Shown here piece by piece: positions 29,126 through 37,619 of a DNA stretch of 64,000 nucleotides (position 1 is the first letter of the stretch; every line of letters starts with the position of its first letter). The stretch spans positions 800,001 to 864,000 of the forward strand of contig CAWJSJ010000002.1 in assembly GCA_963845565.1 (NCBI GenBank), in the 5' to 3' direction. The DNA is from an uncultured Methylomirabilota bacterium (GTDB taxonomy: Bacteria > Methylomirabilota > Methylomirabilia > Methylomirabilales > 2-02-FULL-66-22). Below the pieces are notes generated by a model. That model worked only from the letters and a program-made list of their open reading frames with translations. It was not told the origin of the DNA and made no database searches. The translations under genes were made by a program, and so were the position numbers.

Positions 29126-30113
29126 ATGACGCAACCGACGGTCTTGGTGACGACCCGATCCTTCGGGAAGGAGGTCCGCGAGCCGCTGGAGCGGCTGCAG
29201 CGGGAGGGGTGTCCGCATCCTGGAGTGGCGCGAAGGGAGCGGCCTGCCCGAGTCTGACCTGCTGGCGAAGCTGGCCGAGGCCGACGCCTGGATCGTGGCC
29301 TTTCACCCGATCGGCCCCGCCCTCTTGGACCAGGCGCCGCGGCTGCGCATCATCGCCAAGCACGGCGTGGGCGTGGACAACATCGACATCGCGGCGGCCA
29401 CGGAGCGCGGGATCGTGGTCACAACTGCCCCCAGCGCCAACGATCAGGCGGTCGCCGATCTTGCCATGGCGCTGCTCCTTGCGCTCCTCCGGCGCATCCC
29501 CGAGGCCAGCGGCAGCGTCAAGGCCGGTCGCTGGGAACGCTTCCTGGGGGCGGGGTTCGCCGGGAAGACGATGGGGATCCTCGGCCTCGGCCGCATCGGC
29601 CAGAACGTGGCCCGGCGCGCCGCGGGATTCGGCGTGGAGCTGATCGGCGCCGATCCAGTCTGGCCGGAGGAGGCGGCACGGGAGATCGGCATCCGCCGGG
29701 TGGGCATCCGAGACCTGCTCGCCGAATCGGACATCATCACCCTGCATGCGCCGCTCACGCCCGAGACCGAGGGGTTGATCGGTGAGCGCGAGATTACCCT
29801 GATGAAGTCGGGCGTCTGGATCGTCAACACGTCACGCGGGAAGGTGGTCAACGAGAAGGCGATGTATGAGGCGTTGGTCTCGGGGAAGGTCGCCGGGTAC
29901 GCCACCGACGTCTTCGAGACCGAGCCACCGGCAGGAAGCCCGCTGCTATCCCTGCCCAATGTCATCGGCACACCGCACATGGGCACCCACACCCGGGAAT
30001 CCATCCGGTGCATGGGCGACCGGGTCGTGGACGCCGTTCTCGGCGTTCTCCGCGGGGAGCGCCCCGAGCATGTCGTGAACCCGGAGGTGTGGGAGTATCG
30101 AAAGGCAGTATAG
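29126..30113 (+). CDS. Phosphoglycerate dehydrogenase-like D-2-hydroxyacid dehydrogenase (+1 frameshift near 29212)
   Basis: MTQPTVLVTTRSFGK... joins ...RILEW...AKHGVGVDNID, GLGRIG, VNTSRG, TPHMG after removing one base. Confidence 0.88.
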
Positions 30114-30146
30114 CGCACATCCACGACGGGCGACGACGCTTTTGCC

Positions 30147-30305
30147 TTGACGCTGCGCCCTGCTCTCAGATACCGTCAACGCCGCTGATGAGAGCTCCCT
30201 GCAGTTCCCGTGGGGATACACATGGCAGCCAACACGCAACCGGCGGCGCAACCACGCGATGCGGCGACCCTCTGGGGGTGATCTCCAGGGGGTTTCGTTT
30301 TTTTG
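30147..30305 (+). promoter_or_regulatory. Promoter plus 5' leader with intrinsic terminator (candidate attenuator or riboswitch)
   Basis: TTGACG-N18-TACCGT; 12-bp hairpin 30266-30294 followed by T7, about 60 nt upstream of the dctP start. Confidence 0.6.
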
Positions 30306-30367
30306 CGTGAGCGTGGGGCCGGTATTGGATAGCGCGTGGCTTCAACCACTTCCAAAGGAGGGCACAG

Positions 30368-31385
30368 ATGAGACGCAGAATGGTTCTGGTGAGCGTGACC
30401 GCCCTATTCTCCCTGTTCCTCGTCGGCGGCATGGCAGCGGCGGTGGAGAAGGGGCCGGACGGGAAAGTCATCCTGCGGATGGCGCATTCGAGCCCGGTGG
30501 ACAATCCGACCGACATCGCGGCCAAGAAGTGGGTCGAGACGATCGCCCAGAAGACCGGCGGAAAAGTCGAGATCAAGATCTTCCCGAACGAGCAGCTCGG
30601 CAGCGAAAAGGCGTGCCTCGAAGGCGCCGTCCTCGGGACGATCGACATCTCCCTGAACGACGCCGCGTATGTGGCCGACCTGTACCCCATTGCAGGCGTC
30701 TTCGACTTCCCCTTCACGTTCCGCGATTGGGCCCACTACGCGGCGATGCTGAAGAACCCCATCTTCCCGGAGATGGCTGCCATCATCGAGAAAGAGGTGG
30801 GCGTCAAGACGCTGTCCATCTGGATCTACGGACGGCGGCTGCTGGTCAGCAAGAAGCTCGTGCGCTCGCCGGCCGATGCCAAGAACATGAAGATTCGGAC
30901 CCCGCCCTCCGAGCTGGCCCAGGAAAACGCCCGGGTGCTCGGGGGTATTCCGGTGACCATCGCGTTCAGCGAGACCTACATGGCCCTCAAGCAAGGCCTC
31001 GCGGACGCGGCCGAGAACCCCTCGACCGCCATCTACGATCAGAAATGGTATGAAGTGACCAAGTATCTCGCTTTGACCAATCACGTGTGGAACAACGAGA
31101 TCCTCACCATGAGCAAGAAGGCGTGGGAGGCGCTCAGCCCGGAGCAGCAAAAGATCGTGCGGGATGCGAGCAACGAGATGGCGGTGTACCGGATGGACCT
31201 CCAGAAGCAACTGGAGGAGTCCCGCGTCGCGGATCTCAAGAAAACTCGGGATGGAAGTCGTCGTTCCGCCCAGCCTGGATCCTTACCGCGCGATCGCCTC
31301 CGAGATCAAGAAGAGGTACACCACGAAGTATGCGAAGTTCGAGTGGGCGAAGTGGCACGACCGGGTATTGAACATCGGTAAGTAA
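30368..31385 (+). CDS. dctP: TRAP transporter substrate-binding protein (+1 frameshift in the A-run near 31242)
   Basis: IFPNEQLG, KIRTP, ADAAENP; the natural C-terminus LGMEVVV...LNIGK* lies in the +1 frame. Confidence 0.9.
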
Positions 31386-31537
31386 ACGGCGATCGGCTCC
31401 GTTTTTCTCCGCGCGACGCCGGTGGATGCGCAGGGCCTCGTGGGTCGGGGTGTGGGCGTCTGGCGCTCTTGCTCCGGCCACGAGGCCGTCTTGCCTTCCG
31501 GCGGCCAGCGCAACCTTCAGGAAGGAACCTGCCGACC

Positions 31538-32056
31538 ATGCTCCTCGAGAGGATGGCCAAGCTGGCTGACGCCGTGCTGACGTGGTGGATCGTTGGCGCG
31601 CTCGTCGTCATGGTACTCACGATCCTCAGCGATGTCTTCCTTCGGGAAGCGGTGAGTTATCCCCTGACCTGGAATCTGGAGGTCGCCCAGTACTGCCTGA
31701 TCAACCTGACGTATGTCGGCGCGGCCCTGGCGTACCGGCTGCGGGCCCACATCGCGATCAATATAGTCACCTCCAGGCTCCCCGCTCATGTGGAGAAATG
31801 GGTTGACGTGTTCGCACGATGCCTCGTGCTTCCGTTTCTCGCCACGCTGGCGTACTCGGGAATCCAGGTGCTGCAGAAGGCGAAAGGGGTCACGCCGACC
31901 CTCCAGCTCCCCATCTGGGTGTACTATTTCCCGATCTTCATCGGGTCTGTCCTCTTGTGCTTCTACGGCGTGGTCCAGGTCGTGGAGGCCGTCGGGGTCG
32001 CCCGGTCGGGAGGTGGGCCCGCTGAACCGACGGGGACCCCGCGGGGTGCGGTCTGA
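31538..32056 (+). CDS. dctQ: TRAP transporter small permease
   Basis: VFLRE..TWNLEVAQY, HIAINIV; 4 TMs. Confidence 0.88.
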   Translation: MLLERMAKLADAVLTWWIVGALVVMVLTILSDVFLREAVSYPLTWNLEVAQYCLINLTYVGAALAYRLRAHIAINIVTSRLPAHVEKWVDVFARCLVLPFLATLAYSGIQVLQKAKGVTPTLQLPIWVYYFPIFIGSVLLCFYGVVQVVEAVGVARSGGGPAEPTGTPRGAV

Positions 32057-32149
32057 GCCGGTCTGCGTGATGCGATCCTGTGTCCTTGTACCAAACGCTC
32101 GGCACGGATGTGCGGCCGTGCCCACTTCGCCCCCCTCGGGAGAACGCGC

Positions 32150-33424
32150 ATGCTGATCGGCTGGCTGGTTGTCCTCTTCCTGCTCCTCCTGGCGTGCAAC
32201 ATTCCGGTGAGCTTCGTGCTCCTCATGATCTCGACGATCTACATCATCGTGAAGGATATCCCCCTGGCCGCACTCGGCCACGTCCTGACGACTTCCACCG
32301 ATAGCTTCATCCTCTCGGCCATCCCCCTCTTCATACTGGCCGCCTACATGATGGATAAGGGCGATGTCTCGAACCGGATCATCGATTTCAGCCGGGACCT
32401 GGTCGGTCATCTGCCCGGCGGACTTGCCCATGTCAATGTCGTGGCCAACATGATCGTGGCCGGAATGTCGGGCTCGGCCCTGGCCGATGCCGGCGGGATC
32501 GGCGTCGTCGCGGTCAAGATGATGCGGCGCGGGGGCTACGACGACGATTTCACAGCGGCCATCACGGCGTCTGCATCCATCATCGGACCCATCATCCCGC
32601 CCAGCATTCCCCTGGTCCTGTACGGGGCAATCGCCCGAGAGTCGGTGGGAAAGCTTTTCCTGGGGGGTGCCATCCCGGGAGTGCTCGTCGGGGTCTCGCT
32701 CATGGTCTACATCTACATCGTGGCCAGGAAGCGGAATTACCCTGTCACGCCGCGGCCCACCATGTGGGAGATCCTGGTCCACTGCCGTCGCGTCTTCCTG
32801 CCGATCTTGACTCCGCTGATCATCCTGGGCGGCATCGTGGGTGGATTCTTCACGCCGACGGAGGCGGCAGCCGTGGCCTGTTTGTATGCGTTCATCCTGG
32901 GGAAGTTCATTTACAAGGCCATGAGCTGGAAGGACTGCTTCAAGGCGTTCTTCGACACGGCCGTCCTCACGGGTGTCGTGGTGTTCATCATGGGGATGGC
33001 GGCTCTCTGGTCCTGGATGATCACGAACGAGGGACTCGCCACGCTTCTGGTGGAGTACATGACTTCGCTCACCAAGAATCCCCTGATCATGCTCTTCCTG
33101 ATGAATCTGATTCTGCTCATCTTGGGGTGTTTCATCGAGCCGCTGGCGATCATGATCATGATCCTGCCGGTGTTTCTCCCGATTCTAAAGGCGTACGAGA
33201 TCTCGACGCTGCATTTCGGTGTGGTGATGACGCTGGCGCTGATGATCGGCTTGCTCACGCCGCCCTTCGGCGAGTGTCTCTTTCTGCTCTCGGCCATCAC
33301 GGGGTTGCCGGTGGGGCGTGTGGCGTCAGCGGTCGCGCCCTGCCTGATTTACATCACGGCCGTTCTCGTCCTCATCACCATCTTCCCGGGGTTCGTGACG
33401 TGGCTACCGAGCCTTCTCATGTAA
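32150..33424 (+). CDS. dctM: TRAP transporter large permease
   Basis: AIPLFIL, AGMSGSALADA, IIPPSIP, FTPTEAA, LTPPFG. Confidence 0.95.
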   Translation: MLIGWLVVLFLLLLACNIPVSFVLLMISTIYIIVKDIPLAALGHVLTTSTDSFILSAIPLFILAAYMMDKGDVSNRIIDFSRDLVGHLPGGLAHVNVVANMIVAGMSGSALADAGGIGVVAVKMMRRGGYDDDFTAAITASASIIGPIIPPSIPLVLYGAIARESVGKLFLGGAIPGVLVGVSLMVYIYIVARKRNYPVTPRPTMWEILVHCRRVFLPILTPLIILGGIVGGFFTPTEAAAVACLYAFILGKFIYKAMSWKDCFKAFFDTAVLTGVVVFIMGMAALWSWMITNEGLATLLVEYMTSLTKNPLIMLFLMNLILLILGCFIEPLAIMIMILPVFLPILKAYEISTLHFGVVMTLALMIGLLTPPFGECLFLLSAITGLPVGRVASAVAPCLIYITAVLVLITIFPGFVTWLPSLLM

Positions 33425-33799
33425 CGAAGCTGCGAAGATTTTGCGGCGTGTTTCGGGGCGGATAGAGCCTGCAGTGAGATCGGTGTCCAGGGAGAACAAC
33501 TGCTATGGCATCGTCTGCGCGACGAGCAAGGAGAAAGCCGCGGGAGCTACCCACAAGGTGACGGTCTTCCGGTCAGTCACGACCCCGTAATCCACGCGCG
33601 GTGGCCAGATCCATATCCGATCCGTCTGGTGCTAGCCAACCTCGGCCCGGGGCCCGTCCCGGCACACAGGCCGTCTGGAGAGCCCGCTGCGTCGTCGATT
33701 CATTGCCCCTCGGTGCGGTCGGCTCCGGCGGGCCCGCAGGGTGGCCGACAGATGGATCGGCGCGACCGAAAAAGGACGAGTGCCGTCACCTCACCTCCC

Positions 33800-33904
33800 T
33801 TAGGAGCCGTTACGAAATAACCTATACATCTCTTTCTATTTCGTTACGGCTCCTTCTGCCGTTTCGGAATGTCTCCGCTCAATTTATTCTTTGACAACGG
33901 CTTA
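33800..33904 (-). mobile_element. Twin-hairpin miniature element, family A, copy 3
   Basis: Reverse complement reads TAA-GCCGTTGTCAAAGAAT...TTATTTCGTAACGGCTCC-TAA, starting at the hepT stop codon. Confidence 0.8.
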
Positions 33905-34321
33905 GCTCCACGGGTGCTCCGCCACGGCGCGAGCGAACGCATGAAAATCTTCCAGCGCGGTCTCAAGGTACTCATGGACGCGCGCGTCGTCCACTTTCCA
34001 GTAGATGTGGACGAGCCTATTGCGGAACCGGGCCATGTCCCGGAGCGATTCGCGGAGCGCCTCCGGCAAGATCCCTTCCTCGATCAGGACCGCGAAGCTG
34101 TCCGCGTTGTCTTTGGGGAAGCGGAAATTCTCTGAGGCAATGATGTGGTTGGCTATATCAATACAACTCTCGATGGCGATCACGAAGTGGTACTTGGCGT
34201 TACCGATTCTGTCGGGCTGTGTGAGGAACGCCTCCTTTGGAACAGCCGCCAACCCTTCGAGGACTGCGACGTACTGTCGCAGATTGGACAGCATGGAAGT
34301 CAATGTCGCAGCGTCGACCAC
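33902..34321 (-). CDS. hepT: HEPN (DUF86) toxin, HepT-like RNase
   Basis: IESCIDIANHII and the RX4HXY motif RNRLVHIY; GTG start just after the MNT stop. Confidence 0.9.
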   Translation of the reverse strand: MVDAATLTSMLSNLRQYVAVLEGLAAVPKEAFLTQPDRIGNAKYHFVIAIESCIDIANHIIASENFRFPKDNADSFAVLIEEGILPEALRESLRDMARFRNRLVHIYWKVDDARVHEYLETALEDFHAFARAVAEHPWS

Positions 34322-34322
34322 G

Positions 34323-34751
34323 TCATAACCCCTTGGCCGCCACTCGCCGCAGCCGGATTTCGTACATTCGGAGGTATTCTTCCTTATAGTCGTGGTATCG
34401 CCCGAGGAGTTCCCGTTCCAGGGCAACCCGCTCCCCGTCGTTCGCGGAAAAGATCCTGACGCCCTCTTCCAGGATTCGGCCCCTGAGATCCAATGGTGCA
34501 TCGGCAAGGTTCCGTAGGTCCACCTCACAGCCGACGACGGCGGACAATTCGGCGGCGAGCCGCATTTCCTCGCCGAGAGGCAAGGTTTCGCCGCGCCGGT
34601 GACCGCTCAGATAGTATCCAACGTCCAGGTCGCTTTCTTGCGTGGGGCGGCCGGACACTCGGCTTCCAAAGGCATACGCGACCAGGACGGGTCCACCCGA
34701 AAACGCGCGCGCTGCGGCGTCGCGCACCTTTTCCAGCATTTCGTTGCCCAT
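34323..34751 (-). CDS. mntA: Minimal nucleotidyltransferase antitoxin, MntA-like
   Basis: AYAFGSRVSG...SDLDVG (GSX10DXD), EVDL. Confidence 0.9.
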   Translation of the reverse strand: MGNEMLEKVRDAAARAFSGGPVLVAYAFGSRVSGRPTQESDLDVGYYLSGHRRGETLPLGEEMRLAAELSAVVGCEVDLRNLADAPLDLRGRILEEGVRIFSANDGERVALERELLGRYHDYKEEYLRMYEIRLRRVAAKGL

Positions 34752-34863
34752 GATGGGGAGGAGGATAGCAGATGCACCGGCGGGCTTCAAGGGCGAGCCC
34801 GGTGAATGCCCCCACAGGGCCGTCGGCCGCGCACACCGAGTTGCCGATCACGTCCCCAAGCGA

Positions 34864-36105
34864 CTATCCTGCCAAGAGAGATTTCCTCAGGAGGTCGATG
34901 GCGAGGATCGTGGCCCGTTCGCGGACCATGGGCAGCTCGCCGCCGAGTGGTTGCGCATTGGAAATGGGGCCGTTGGCCGTCGCCAGCGCGGTGTGGCTCT
35001 CACCCTTGTGTTCGGGCCTGCCCTCCTCGGGCCGGAAAACCCCGACGTTCGCCAGGGCGACATCGACGCTAAATCGGGATCGCGCCGTGTCGGCCAGCGC
35101 AGCGGCGAGACGAGCAGGCTCCTTCGCGAGCACGTCGTATTCGTTCGGCGAGCACCCCAAGAACCCCTGCTGCGCCTCCACGCCGGGAAGGACGAGGCCC
35201 TGGGAAAATACCGGGCTGCCCGTTCCCGCAAACCGATGGGCGATGGCGCCGCCCGTGAGCGTCTCCACGATGGCCAGACGGTTGGCAATCTGCGCCAGAA
35301 GAGCCGCCGTGTTTCCCTGAAGGGTCTCATCGTCCACGCCGTAAATCAGGATGCCGAGGCGCCGACGGATCTCGGTCTCCATGGCGCCGATCAGGCCGTC
35401 GGCCTCCTCGGGGCTGTCCGCGCGTGCGGCAATCCGGATGCGGACGTCGCCGATGGCTGCGAGCGTCCCCACGATGGGGTTTTTGCTCTCCTTCATCAGA
35501 TCCTTGATCTGGAGTCCGATGGCACTCTCGCCGAGTCCGCAGACGCGGAGGACCTTGTATCGCAGGACCTCTCGCGTCAGACCGAAACGCGTGCGGAGAT
35601 AGGGAACCACGGTCGCGTCCAGGAGGAAATACATTTCCGATGGGACGCCGGGGAGCGTGGCGGTACAGTACCCGTCTCCTTCCACGATAAAGCCCGGGGC
35701 AGTTCCTTTGGGGTTCTCAATCGGGATCGACCCCTCGGGGATGAACGCCTGGACACGGTTGTTCTCGGCCATCTTGAACCCTCGTCGCTCGATGAGGGCC
35801 CTGATCTGCTCCATGAGGTGCGGCTGAAACGTCAATGGTCGCCCAGTCACGTTGGCAATCGCCTCGCGCGTAAGGTCATCCTCCGTGGGGCCGATCCCGC
35901 CCGTGGTGATGACGATCTGCGACCGCCGGATCGCGTCCCGGAGCACGCCCTCCATCCGCTCGAGCGAATCCCCCACGGTGGCGGTCCGGGCCACCTCGAC
36001 GCCGATTTCCGCCAGACGCTTTGCGATGAATGCCGTGTTCGTGTCAATGATCTGCCCGAGGAGGAGCTCCGAGCCGATTGCCACCACCTCTGCTTGAACG
36101 CGCAT
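34864..36105 (-). CDS. cinA: CinA-family protein (MoCF-like N-terminal domain plus degenerate PncC domain)
   Basis: IGSELLLGQIIDTN, VGD, TGGIGPTEDDLT, NPKGTAPG, LPGVPSEM; C-terminal domain VETLTGG. Confidence 0.88.
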   Translation of the reverse strand: MRVQAEVVAIGSELLLGQIIDTNTAFIAKRLAEIGVEVARTATVGDSLERMEGVLRDAIRRSQIVITTGGIGPTEDDLTREAIANVTGRPLTFQPHLMEQIRALIERRGFKMAENNRVQAFIPEGSIPIENPKGTAPGFIVEGDGYCTATLPGVPSEMYFLLDATVVPYLRTRFGLTREVLRYKVLRVCGLGESAIGLQIKDLMKESKNPIVGTLAAIGDVRIRIAARADSPEEADGLIGAMETEIRRRLGILIYGVDDETLQGNTAALLAQIANRLAIVETLTGGAIAHRFAGTGSPVFSQGLVLPGVEAQQGFLGCSPNEYDVLAKEPARLAAALADTARSRFSVDVALANVGVFRPEEGRPEHKGESHTALATANGPISNAQPLGGELPMVRERATILAIDLLRKSLLAG

Positions 36106-36211
36106 GAACCTGCCTCTCGTTGGCGCCCGGTGATTCGGTCAGGCGGTTGCCGGTTTCCCTGTACGTGTGACCCGCTAGTGTCCTGTCCCCGAAGTTCGTT
36201 GACAATTTGCC

Positions 36212-36356
36212 GGGCCTCAGTTCCATCCCTCCGACGCCTGGCACCTCGTCGAGAACCGCGCGGCCTTGGTCCGGGTCGGCCACCACAGAACGGTGACCTC
36301 CGTGCCGGACCCGGCCGCGCCGCGGGTGCAGCGTCTTCGGGATGGAACTGAGGCCC
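36212..36356. other. 145-nt long imperfect hairpin (structured RNA or miniature element)
   Basis: Perfect 18-bp terminal IR GGGCCTCAGTTCCATCCC with nested internal pairings. Confidence 0.6.
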
Positions 36357-36392
36357 TCACTTATGCGGCGAATCTTTGGGACAGGACACTAG

Positions 36393-36429
36393 CCCGGCTT
36401 ATTCACGAAGGGTTCGTGAATAAGCCGGG
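36393..36429. repeat. Perfect 17-bp inverted repeat with 3-nt loop (IS-end scar or terminator)
   Basis: CCCGGCTTATTCACGAA-GGG-TTCGTGAATAAGCCGGG. Confidence 0.8.
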
Positions 36430-36517
36430 TCTAATGACCAATGACGAAGTTCCAAGGAACAATCGCAGGAGGGGGTCTCGCCCGCTGGATTCGAGTCCTG
36501 TTCGCGAAGAATGTGGG

Positions 36518-37589
36518 TTAGGCAATCGGGAACGCCACCGCTAGCTCTTTCCCCAACGTCGTGAAGTCCTTCACCACCGCATCCGGAATCGGGATCCCGT
36601 TCTTCAACCGGTCGGCCTTGGTCTCCAGCTCGATCTCGCCCGGGATGTAGATCCGCTTCACGCCCTCGGCTTTCTCGCAGGTCTTGATCTCGCGGATGGC
36701 CTTGTCCATCCCGGCGGTGAAGTCGGGCAGGTCCATGAAGCTCTCGACGTTGACGGCGGCAAAGACGCTGCCCACGTCCGTCGGATCCTTCAGGTTGTCG
36801 GCCAGGAATCCGGGGAAGTGCGTCCCGTAGCTGGAGCCGGTCATCACACCGCAGAGCATGTCAATCGCCAGGGCGATGCCGTACCCCTTGTAACCGCCGA
36901 TGGGGGCCAGGAGTCCCTTGAGGGCGGCCTGCGCGTCGGTGGTCGGGCGGCCCTGCGCGTCGAAGGCCCAGCCGGGCTCCAACGGCTTGTTCTGCTTGGC
37001 GTAGAGCAGGACGCGGCCGCGCGCCACCACCGTGGTGGCCAGGTCCAGGACCATCGGCTGCTCCTGGCCGGCCGGGATGGCGATGGCGAAGGGGTTGGTG
37101 CCGAGCATGGCGGTCCGCCCGCCGGTGGGCGCGACGGTGGCCGGCGCGTTGGTGGAACAGAAGCCGATCATCCCGTGCTGGAGCGCCATCATGGCCCAGT
37201 AGGCCGCGGCGCCGTAGTGGTTGGAATGGGTGGTGGCGACAAAGGCGACACCTGTCTTCTTCGCCTTCTCGATCGTCATCCGCATGGCGTGGTTCGACGC
37301 GACCTGGCCGATACCGTTCTCGACAGTCGATCAGGGCGGTAGACGGATGTTCTCGAAGCACCTTCAGCTCCGTCTTGGGATTGACCACGCCCACCTGCAT
37401 CCGCTTCACGTACACGCAGAGCATCCGGGTGATGCCGTGCGTGTCCACGCCGCGGAGATTGGCCTCGATCAAGGAGTCGGTGAGGAGGACCGCATCCTCC
37501 TTGCTCACGCCGACCTTCTGGAACACCTGCTCCGTCCACACCCGCAGCTTCGGTGCGGGAAACCGGATTCCGTCATCAACGCCTGGCAT
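36518..37589 (-). CDS. Ldh_2-family (malate/L-lactate/ureidoglycolate-type) oxidoreductase (+1 frameshift near 37322)
   Basis: EANLRGVDTHG, then (shifted) ENGIGQV, SNHYGAA, GTNPFA, LDLATT, GGYKGYG, IPGE. Confidence 0.9.
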
Positions 37590-37619
37590 CGGCACTCTCC
37601 TTTTTTGGTTTGGTGAAGA

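Noticed and set aside
30121..30140. Guanidine-II (mini-ykkC) twin ACGA hairpins
   Set aside because: Only one 3-bp stem is well formed, there is no linker, and it lies upstream of the predicted promoter.
30185..30260. Hammerhead ribozyme, SAM-I or fluoride riboswitch (CTGATGAG motif)
   Set aside because: There is no GAAA core strand, no SAM-I kink-turn or P3 motifs and no GGCGATGG 5' strand.
33425..33800. Hidden gene or RNA between dctM and element A
   Set aside because: Only short ORFs without an RBS or motifs, and no convincing structure. Left unannotated.
34642..36351. Long antisense ORFs (for example 569 aa here, 645 aa at 24297, 537 aa at 46297)
   Set aside because: They mirror well-supported genes on the opposite strand and have no recognisable motifs.
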